Part shown: positions 12,601 through 21,137 of the stretch, piece by piece
Layout of the letters: every line of letters begins with the position of its first letter
Numbering within the stretch: the first letter of the stretch is position 1
Assembly (NCBI GenBank): GCA_000165345.1
Contig: CM000436.1
Span: 256,001-320,000 of the forward strand
Length of the DNA: 64,000 nt
Direction of reading: 5' to 3'
Program-made: the position numbers and the translations under genes
Notes under the pieces: model-generated
What the model was told of the DNA's origin: nothing
Seen by the model: the letters and a program-made list of their open reading frames with translations, nothing else
Database searches by the model: none

Positions 12601-13008
12601 ATAGGAACAGAAATTAACAATACAAATGGAAATTTTGAAACTAGAAGAAAGTCTAGCAACCTTATATTAATTAGAGACATTGAGACTCAGAGCCTTAAAG
12701 ATAAGAATGATAACCACAGTCTTACTATAGAAAAACAAGGAACAGAGGAAGAAAAAAGAAACTCAAATGACTATCATCACCTCCGCCTCCATCATCATAT
12801 TCCAACCAAAAACCAAGCAAATTTAGTTCCTCATATTGGTAAAGTATGCGAAGAAAAAGAATCTGAAATTCTTAACAGGGAATTTATACAAAGAAATAAC
12901 AACCATGAATATATTGAAACACAATCTTCACCTCATCAAAACACTAAGAAAATACAAAAAAAGAAGCCTCCAATATCTCTTAGGTCTGGCTTCAATTTTA
13001 ATAATTAA
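6691..13008 (+). CDS. chorein-N domain bridge-like lipid transfer protein (VPS13/BLTP family-like), ~2100 aa with low-complexity inserts
   Basis: N-terminus MLVESVLRRINENLLNYFINLPESIWLSGFLDQVNLKDVML...GHIRRASIQVLLAHSKLVMEVEGVVLIVGP matches the Chorein_N motif of VPS13 (MLESLVANLLNRFLGDYVENL...GHIGSLKLKIPW...LLIVP). The ORF track start at 6670 is TTG; candidate ATGs are 6691 and 6727. Internal (GS)n, EVE/ERE acidic repeats and a Pro/Ser/Thr-rich tail. Confidence 0.75.
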   Translation: MSLRELVVGSTQMLVESVLRRINENLLNYFINLPESIWLSGFLDQVNLKDVMLNTRAFSNEWYSLDIPFRLKYGHIRRASIQVLLAHSKLVMEVEGVVLIVGPNLAYKSYEDVIRNSMDNVFGLVELFKHIQTIRYNNDSFEEGLGSQKGEVSENLLNINSSSKEGLNALLRWLFRYVPDLSLSIRNLYIRYEDDVLDTSHPMSAGIHINSVTINPARNCWEFQWPTEEKEQVGFTSKGSSDSETDPTNLGKTQHPLSINNSSADPRGIFSIKVKGLSAFWDDESAPFIPISLLEQTEASNDKFGVFSAVTIDDIQNLVNSNLHYHTRIISNLNISAQFGFVNPFIHKLSNEKSRQSNDISANGSDNSSSNSMINGSNFGQGSSSEPISSQESSSSSSSSTSKNSTENNGYIAKDYLNDYYTGSNIATLLNINIQSGFEINVYPQMIHGLVRFVTLYNQFQFWTQVRRFRPIERPGSGKTPAEVRAICRDWWIFSLKYYRNIKYKDNKQNSLRDEINYRVERKKYIKIIKKWKWIEFMITGQKPILNSGTIIHRTGTNEYNACKFGGMSGPAEFGKMNEYAKSIGTSISFLDSNLNGNPSLSSILGLSSLIINHLGVSFNLSRYWQYDVEVLQKVSEKSDDMRCILTVLQHHSYWVVSQWHILAEREFEIEFALFQNSSTIQKKQKGAMDTFSNVNHNMDIKTKNILTLLAYGLHIQTDSSVWELISKLRDSYIDLIRRITQDDSLSNRIKESLQSKSSLLSGGSVFEFKLTSGIPSTVPTQISNFIQENIERHPYVIFGTGIFKKSLIETDILSDFFGVGLNSKLLMKRRDWHAIRLRLHLWGRFYDEYFEAFPLAISETLEINQLMNLSYHLDFQQMNKLFSISMQSDSLCFSTLVSSQATSSNPMEDIDMSMGVTNVTMARPKSQQISIIERDPEFSLSLSSSSTKLEKSEENRNEMDHIGKDNHTDKSEIYNLSKSGISMNQLNKEYASMESNEMVEEESIINSTSVKKKSFKFEKKLPYVFKDSSNVPEWLSDLAGPGISLPKIISNKIIGICIPKFEVNICHLVSDSKKSTGNGKSGPNNGESNVETTGFSPNNSNRIDGIKRSYHSLARYFSRNAQDTGNNTMVTSVFTPRKLFGIVITGLGFNMSTCTSLRVSSCFKRMELIVWNYNDSNLMRDFISSIKSDRSVNKKMIRDDQIVIFSMSDERQNTSNESSSSSNYVQNKGNTLGSSITTVSGSISVSGSGSGSGSGSSSRLEVLGIGMGQMNNFPENPSIEGGVDGNKVQTPNRRGSSSLNEYDSSPSLTHYVDEAHGGTFSSYIVGNGRQGGLTSSKSVRFEDSRGISTSSTSLGKNSSVISASSELTNESSFGSIRNDNNNTTSVSVPSTMNNNQTNSIIRYMRRWNYLSLVMLPPNNSTNKESKGEVRGNGESNFLSFVFKLPFYLKMDINLTPVTIVLNEQLLDNIRGEILKLIQVCLLTIWSQYKGLGAFPVTDGFRELLVQEVSTSGSGNGLVESSREENNFELLLCHPFNLSLNKYNAINKLNKIEWNKINSLLNKVHVRISIRLPSVELFMLNESIEYFRQMDDDLFIERNSDERFENVSFDLSTSFKLSVESQTILIGTIIDKLRGNINRLYFRGFQMKFDTQQNITSIIRLYLRFKNLISDRYGNIIAIMNLFKDYKFDNISRHSLTSFTDEILRLQCEKLPDTNNILLKEFTLSLDEKSGTKVERDEKKSVEVEKVGMEAEREVEAEREVETEREVETEKTMKTEKEMDVEKEIDMKKGIDVRKKVELDRAVETEEKRMGTEEKGIESKKKESIDSLSKLPRQEYSQHTVLIQPTEPIPAPVITSYPSPTVSPCISPTISPTPIPSTFVSPAFSVYSAPNHSQYPLPTHIHTSDVTNSVLSEAITRAIPVTTPHEQVITTVDNTQTYSVREVRTEDNEIRRSSQYNSANVKPINLHENQIGTEINNTNGNFETRRKSSNLILIRDIETQSLKDKNDNHSLTIEKQGTEEEKRNSNDYHHLRLHHHIPTKNQANLVPHIGKVCEEKESEILNREFIQRNNNHEYIETQSSPHQNTKKIQKKKPPISLRSGFNFNN
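10431..10460 (+). repeat. GGATCT hexanucleotide repeat encoding (Gly-Ser)n inside the chorein-N gene
   Basis: ggatcaggatctggatctggatctggatc read directly. Protein SGSGSGSGSGS. Confidence 0.8.
11935..12010 (+). repeat. imperfect 18-nt tandem repeat encoding EVEAEREVETEREVETE acidic repeats
   Basis: gaagcggagagagaggtggaagcagagagagaggtggaaacagaaagggaagtggagacagaa read directly. Confidence 0.6.
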
Positions 13009-13230
13009 TAGTTAGGCCATTATATTATTTTCTAGTAATTTTAGCCTTTCCATTAACAATTAATTTATATCTTTTGAATATTTAATCATCTCAATCACTA
13101 CTGAAGCTACTACTCTCAATAATGCATGTGGGGGGCAATTGCATGACTTCCCGCCTAAAAGTTGCATGTGGAGAGAAGAAAAGTGTGATCAATAAATGAG
13201 AGAATAATGAAATAAAATGAATAAATAGAA

Positions 13231-14070
13231 ATGACAACAGTAATTAAGAAGAAGATTAAACTTCCGAGGAATATAACACCTGAATTTGTAAGTTTATTAG
13301 ATTAAGCTTAAAAAAAGAGATTGGTGAGAATTTCTTAATTTAAAAGAATTTCTTTCTTATTAAACAGTAATGATTTCTTAATTCTGGGAGAGTATTGAGA
13401 AATCATTTAATTAATTTTCTCTATTAATTATTGATTAACTTAACTTATTATTTTCTTCAAATAGGCTGTTGAATTGAAGGAATGTTTTGATTGGCAAGAT
13501 AGAAATGGTGATGGATTAGTTTCCAAGGAGTGTTTACTGGTATTATTAAGAGCAACAGGCCAGGTTTGGTCACTTGATGAAATTGACAAAATATGTCATG
13601 GTAAGTTTTTTGTTCTCCATTTGTAAAAAAAAAAAAGAAAAAATTGTTTAATATTGTAATATATTCATCTTTAATATTATAAAATTAAATTAAATAAAAA
13701 AATTCTTATTACTCGCAATGTTAGGACTTGGTTCAAAGGAAGTCGATTTCCAGACATATCTCGATTTAGTATCTCATAAAGTTATGTTAAAGGCTGATAA
13801 GGAAGAGTTAAGAACTGCCTTTAATGTTTTGGATAGATATGGAAATGGTAAAGTTTTGGTTAGTGATTTGAAACATATTTTGTGTAATATTGGAGAGAAA
13901 TTGACTGTAAGTTACATAAATTAACTCTTGTTTTTTAAGCTAAGCTTAAATATTTTGAATTGAATTCTATATTTTAGGAGGATGGTTTCCAAGAACTCTT
14001 GAGTATTTCAGATATTCCTGATGCAAATAGGTTAACATTTTTAACAGAAGAGGAATTTGTGAAAATGTAA
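13231..14070 (+). CDS. ELC1: myosin essential light chain (EF-hand, calmodulin-like; apicomplexan ELC1-like), 4 exons, ~155 aa
   Basis: Exons about 13231..13287, 13465..13600, 13725..13906, 13978..14070. All donors are GTAAGT and the acceptors are ATAG/TTAG/TTTTAG. Phases 0/1/0 join with no stops. Product MTTVIKKKIKLPRNITPEF|AVELKECFDWQDRNGDGLVSKECLLVLLRATGQVWSLDEIDKICHG|LGSKEVDFQTYLDLVSHKVMLKADKEELRTAFNVLDRYGNGKVLVSDLKHILCNIGEKLT|EDGFQELLSISDIPDANRLTFLTEEEFVKM. It aligns with the Toxoplasma MyoA essential light chain ([29 protein letters not shown]...). Only exon 3 is present in the ORF track (13718..13924). Confidence 0.75.
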
Positions 14071-14613
14071 GTTTATAATGGAAGGAATTGGATAAAGAAA
14101 TTGTATATGGGAAAGAAAAAAAATTATGAAAACATAAGAAGTAACTATTTTCACTATAATATTTTTTTTATCCATCCTTTCGTATTCAAAAAAAAACTAT
14201 TATCATTTTAATTATCTAATTTACTATTTTTATTGCTATATAATTTATTTGTGTAGATTTTCAGGAAATGTTAATTAATAGATTTAATTGTCTTTAAGTC
14301 TCGAATTTAAGTCAAAATAGAATTTTTCTTTTTTTGGAGGGAATTTTCTGAATGATATTATTTTGAAATATAATGTTAAATACAGATTGCTTGAATAATT
14401 AGCTGAATAAGATTTTCTATTATTGCTAATAATATTACTGTTACCAATTTGTTAGTATAATTTTCTGACTTCCGGGTTTGTATTGAATAATTTGGCTCCA
14501 AATAAAATCTACAAATTTCAAGCAATACTTACTTGTGATAAGGGTGGTATTAAATTTAGTACCAAAATATATAGGGGAGAAAAAAAAAGGACGGAAGAAT
14601 ATTATACATTATA

Positions 14614-17600
14614 ATGCAAAGTGATTTTCAGTATAAAGATCTTTTGACAGTTTTTAACATTCCAATTTCACTTTGGGTACAAAATGGGACTCATTTATTT
14701 CATAAGAATACTTCAACTTTGGTTGATAAAAATGGTAAAAGACTTTGTATTAAGGTAAGTTAAAAGGTGAAATTAATAAAATTAAATATTATATTATTAA
14801 TAAAATAAATTGATATATAGTGTATTATTGATATGTTTAAAAATAACCAAAAATCAAGTACATATTTATCACAGATTTGTGAAGATTTGATGTTGGTAAG
14901 TTAAAATAGATTAATAAAATTCATTTTCATTAAAAAAAAAAAAAAAAAAATTCAGATGATAAAATGTGAGAGAGGTAAAGGAGTTGTAAGATTTATTATA
15001 AGTGAGATTTTGGGAAATGAAAGTAATTTCATTATTGAAGAAATTAATAAAGTTGACGTAAGTTTTTGAAGTATATTTAAAAAATTATTAATGAAATAAT
15101 AAAAATAATATAATTTAAATGATAAATTTAATAATTAGGATGAAATGTTACTTAATAATCTTATAAATTTGAAGTTAACATTATTAAACAAACATTTTTC
15201 AATATCAGAAAATAAACAAAGACAAAAATTAAATGAAAATATATTAAATATAATAATTAAAAGTGTAAGTAAATTGTAATAAATATTTTATTATAAATAT
15301 TGATTTAATATAATTAATTTAACAAATAATTTTAGATGAATAATTTGAATATAAGAATGAGATCAATGGCAAAATTAATATATATACTATTTGATGATAG
15401 ACTTTCAATATACTCGAATAGTTTAATAGATAGAATAGTGGAAGATACAAAAAATCTATCAAGCTTTGGAAAGATGATTTTGAGAATGGACATAGAGAAT
15501 ATTCAATATTTAATTCCTATAATAGTTAAATTAATAGAATGCAATCCTGAGAAAGTAATAAATAATTTATTGATTGATAAAGGACTACATTTATCAAGAT
15601 TATTATGTGAAGTTACGGATAAGAAGATTTATTTTGAATATATTTTAGAGTTTTATTTACATATATTAAATAACTATCCAAATCAATTTGGAAATTTATT
15701 AATAGATAACAGTAATAGATTGGATATAAAAAGTAATAATAGTAAAGAAGAGTTATCTTTGAACATTTTAGTCGGAATAGAAAAGATGGCAATAATTCTA
15801 GCAAGATCAAGTAAATACTCTAAAAGCAATAATTATCATTCATCCAGAAACTTGGATATTGATAAATTTCAAGATACAGAATTTTCAATGAGTGACTTGG
15901 AATACATGCAGCAGGGAGGTTCTATTCCCAAGATGGGTAATTTTTTAATTAATAATTCTATGAATGAAAATAATATATTAGAGGAGATGGGAGAGCATGG
16001 TGAAAGGAGTTTGAGGATGAATATAAGCAATAGTAGTATTGGAAGTAGCATTATGAACATGAATAATAATCACATAAGTTATGGAAGAAAGGATTTTATG
16101 GAAATAAATGAATTGGAAGAAAAGAAAGTTGTTGATGGAATTAATATGTTTGGATTATTGAGAAATAGGGAAGAAGATGATAATAGATTAATGAAGAAAT
16201 TGATTCAATTTTTTAAAGGTTTTATGCTATATAAAAATAAAATGGAATTATTTTGGAATTCTGATAAAGAAAAGATAGATTTAGAAGATGATGAAGTAGA
16301 TTCAAATATAGATAATAACTGCAAAAAAAACAGATGGATTATGGAAGGAGAGTGTTTTGAAGTTGTTCATAAAATAATTGAATGGATAATAGAATTACTA
16401 AGAAATAGTATAGAAGTTGAATTAGATAACTTAGCTTTAGATTGTATTTTGCAAGTATTCACACAAGAAAAGTGCTGTAATTATGAGGAAGAGAAATCAG
16501 AAGCTGATGAAGAGCTTTCAGACCTTAATATAAATCAAAAAGATAATGATAATAATAAAAACAATTTATTGGAAAAAAATTCCGCAAATATAGAATTAAT
16601 AAATGAAGATAAATCGGAAGATTTTATTTTTAATATGAAACCTTTAAATATGAAATCCAAAAGAGTAACTTTCAAAAGAATTGAAGAAATTCCACCAAAA
16701 AAAAAATTAATAACTTTTAATGATGTGGATAAAAATAAATTACGTGTAAATGCATGCAAGCAAGGCGGGTCAAAATGTGACAATAATACCGGTATAGAAC
16801 AAAATAAATCATGTGGAAAATTATGTTTTCACCAGATTTTTGTAATAAAACATGGCCAGTATTTGTTGGATATTTTTTTAGAACTTTTTGATGATTATTT
16901 AAGAAAATTTGGATTAAATTTTATAAGAAGAAAGAGTGGAAATGCAAAGAGTTTATCATTTTATGACCAAAGTTACAAATATATAATCGATAATGAGCAG
17001 CAGATTGAGGAGGTATTATATAAAATAATTCAGGGAATAAATAATATTTCAGATGGGGTTGCTATTCAATCATGTCCTAGACAGATATTTGCAATAAGTT
17101 GGTTTATGGAATTTATTTTATACGGTTTTTCGAATGAGGAATCTGTATTAAAAAGTAAGCCACCAGTTCCTTTGTATGGTTCATCAAGTATGGATTTAGT
17201 AATGAAAGCTGCTAATATGGATCAACCATTGGAGCATGCACTATTAAGTATTTCTACAAAATTTAGTGAGGAAAGTAATCAAAATAATGAAGAAGTGAAT
17301 CAAATTCAAAAAGGATTAATTAATCAGATTGATACTATAAATCAGGTTCAAGTAGAAGTTGTTAACAAATTAATCTCTCTAACAGAAAGGATGTGTAAAT
17401 GTTTGTATAGCAAGGGTAAAAGAAACTCTAAATTAGAAGGTGAACATTTTAATGGAAGCTTTTATCAAGTGGATATCAAAAAGTTATGGAAACTTAATGG
17501 TACAGTTTACAGTAGGGATCTGCTACTAGAATATTTTTCAAATATCCTCCAAATTACAGAAAAGTTATTCGGTTTTAAAGGTGTTAAAGTTATTCAATTC

Positions 17601-20600
17601 TTAGATTCTACTGATAAGTTATTTGAATTTTATACCCGAGAATTAAAAAATAAGGAACGGAATATAGTTTGTTTGTCCCAACTATACTTAATTCAGCATA
17701 TTTTTGATACAAACTTAACAAGTGAATACGAGGTAAAAGATTCTTTAACTAAAAATAAAGATCCTCAAGCAAATTTAGTATTTAATATTTTTTCTATAGT
17801 ACTTCAAATTGATAAGAGAATTCAAGATAATCTTGAAGATTTGGATGAAGTAAATGACCAAATTCTGCAAAAGGCAGATAGCAAAATTAAGCTATTAATT
17901 AATAATAAGGTTGGAGCTCAGCTAATATTCCAATGGATTAAAAATCCTAATATTGGCGATCAAGAAATTTATGGAATTAAAACTAACATTTTAATAAGAT
18001 GGATAATTCACATTTCTAAACAATTATTACATCCAATTATGAATGAAAATGAGATTAGTAGCAGATTAAAGTATTTAACCAAAGAAAGGATTAAAGCTTC
18101 CTTGCTACTAGACGACTCTGCTTCAAACGATACAATTTCTATTGTAATTTCTCTTTTAACATTTTGTTATGGCTATTTTCCAGATCAAGTTATTCTATTC
18201 ATTTTAAAAAATATTAATCGAGAAGAAATTCAGGATCTTGAATATCCAGGAATATGTAATATTTCTGAAGATATTGCTCAAAAGATTAATAATTATGGAA
18301 AATCATCTGCTTTTGGAAATCTTTCCAATACAAGAAATATCCCAACTAGAGTACTTCTTTATTATTCATCCATACTTTTGGATAATACCAGTAGAAATGG
18401 TAAAAAGAATATTGATTTATTTCAAGATTATTCCTTCCAAAAAGACAAAATTGTTGCTAAGATTATTTCCATATTAGTTAATTCAAATTTAAGACGTAGA
18501 GAATGGCTACTTTGGCATTCAAAAAATTTTGACAAAATTGAACTTTTTTCAAATTCATTACATAATCTTATTCAATCAAGAGGAGAAATAGGAAACTATC
18601 AAGAACAGAAAAAAATTGAAGAGCAAATCTTTAAATGGATCTATGATCGAAATATCGATTATTCAAGATATCAGGTCAGTTCTAGACCTTTTTCAATATC
18701 TTCTTTTTACTTTGGATTGGTTGATTTCTCAATTTCCCCTATTTTAGAGAAATCTATATTGCAAAATGTATCATTTATTAAGTTTCAGATCAAACAATTA
18801 CTAAATCTTAGCTCTATAAAACCCAACACTTGTACTGAATATGAACTTGAGGATTTCATTCAAAAGCTAAGTATGAACTTGAATTTGTTCATCTTTTCAA
18901 TTCAAAGTTATATCGAAAGAAACGATCAACTTAATTTTGCTGATATACTTACTATTGAAGAAGTTACTTTACCTTTAAAACTATTTTTAAATATTAATAG
19001 TGATGAATTTGATTTCAGATTTAAGGCAATTATTGGCCATTTAACTTTAAAATTCATTTCAGTTTTCTTTAAGCCAAGCTGGAGAGAGTCAAACTTTCAA
19101 GAATTAAATAAATCGAATCCGTCCTCACAAGTATTTGGAATTAAAACTTTTACAAGTCTTGATAACTTTGGAAAAAGTTCAAACAGAAAAACTTCAAGTT
19201 TATTATTTATTCTAGTAAATCTGATGGATGAATTAACAAAGTGGTAAGTTTTTTAAATATACTAATTTAATCAAATAGACGAATATATCTTTATATTTGT
19301 ATATACTTTTTTTAATTATTTTTTACCTTCAGGATGAATGAAATTTTCAATATGAACAACTTTGACAAGTTTTATGTATCTGCCTATTTAGAAACGTTTT
19401 CAAGTTTGGTTTTGGAATTAGGAATTAGAGATAACATCCTTTCTCAAAGTATGGATATCGGATCAGGAGGTGAAAAAGGAGAAATATTTAAACTCAAGAT
19501 AAGGCAATCACTAATCAATTTAGTTCAAAGTGACTCTACTGTTTCTTTAATAGAGAAGATATTAAACTATATCATTATTTGCAGAAGAAAAGGTAACAAT
19601 TTGGATGCGGACAAATCAAGTTGTTTAATGGGTATCTCCATATTACTACTTTCCATGTTATCAAGTAAAATCAAAATATTCAGAACTAATGGAAGATTAG
19701 AGAGTCTTATTGATTCTATTTTAGCTCATCCAACATTGTTATTTCATGCTGAAAAAAGCTCAAAATGTGGATTAAATTCTCGCTTTTCGTCTGATGAATA
19801 TGATAATTCGCTTATAGATAACAATACAACGAGTTTCAATCTATGTAACTATTGTCTTAATTTTGGCTTCAATCATAACATAGAAGATATTAAATTAATA
19901 ACCAATGTTTCTATTATTGTGGCATTGCTACGTCTAAATCATGTAAATAGTAGAGCAATATCAAAAAGTAACTTAATTAAAGATATTTTTCTACAAAGCA
20001 TTTCAGGGATTTTAAATACAAATAATAAAGCATCATCAGTAAGTCATGGATATATGGGAATTATATTATCGTCAATATATTTATCATATGACCAAATTCA
20101 GTCTTTGAGCCTTGTACATAATTTGTATATTCAAAAATTCCTTGTAAAGGAGTTTGTTTGTGATGTTTTAAACTTTGACAAGAATCCAGTTGAAAATTTA
20201 AATCTTTCTCCATGTATGATATTTCATTATTCTGTATTATTTTCATATTTGGTTTTTATATTGAAGACTACTCCTTGGTGGCTTAATATTTCTGATTTGA
20301 TCAATCTAACATTCATAAATAAACTTGGAAAGATTTATAAATCATTACAAACTTCCGCAATTATTTATAATGATGAGAATGACAATATTGGAGAATATTT
20401 AATTAGCTTGACAGAGATTCTTTTAAAAATTGTACAAGAAACAATAATGGCTCGCTCTAACTCATCTTCTAGTTATATTCAAGGTAAGTTAATTTCTGAA
20501 TAATTGAAATATATATAGAGCGTGTTTTAAAATATTTGATTAACTTTTTCTTTCTGATTAAGATGAAAAAAACAATGCAGAAAATAACGGAGTAATTATT

Positions 20601-20876
20601 AAATTAATACAAGAAATCCTTAAAAACCAAGAAAATGAAAATATTCAAGACTATAATATAACATTAGTAAGAGAACATGCAAATTCAAGAAATGGAAATA
20701 TTCTTAAAAATACCTCAAATTGTAGAAATAATAGAGGATCTGGATGCTTTATCTGTGGTTTTAAATACAAATTCAAATACTTTGAAAGTAAAGAGAGTTT
20801 TATAAGTAACTTTTTTATTTCTCAAGTATTAAAGTTTTCAACTATGGAGATATTTAAAAGAATTATTGAAAATTAG
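14614..20876 (+). CDS. very large alpha-helical protein of unknown function, 7 exons, ~1940 aa (joins ORF-track ORFs 15336..19247 and 19334..20503 plus 5 further exons)
   Basis: Exons 14614..14754, 14821..14895, 14956..15057, 15139..15264, 15336..19243, 19333..20483, 20563..20876. Every donor is GTAAGT. Acceptors are TATAG, TTCAG, AATTAG, TTTAG, CTTCAG, TTAAG. Exons 1-4 are all phase 0 and open. Exon 5 ends ...ACA AAG TG|gtaagt and exon 6 starts cag|G ATG, which restores TGG and continues in frame. Exon 6 ends CAA G|gtaagt and exon 7 (G+AT GAA AAA...) is a 104-codon open frame to TAG at 20874-20876. No conserved domain recognised. Confidence 0.65.
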
Positions 20877-21137
20877 TATCAAATTCAAATATTTACTCAA
20901 AATTTTGAATTTTTTATTCTTAATATATATTGCTAAAATTTCCAACCCACTCATAATATTTGCAAGTGGACAAATGCATGCAATGCAAATGCATGCATGT
21001 GCATGTATTTGCATTATGACATCCAAGCCTGACAAAAAGAAAATGTATATTATACATAGGAGGAAAAAAAATCAAGTTTTAACAATATAAACAAACATAT
21101 TAAAGATAGACAGAATTAATTATTCAAAAGGTTAAAA

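Noticed and set aside
15336-20503. Treating ORFs 15336..19247 and 19334..20503 as two separate genes
   Set aside because: Only 86 nt separate them. The first ORF's stop lies within a GTAAGT donor, and the CAG acceptor restores the frame exactly. A single spliced gene is the more parsimonious reading.
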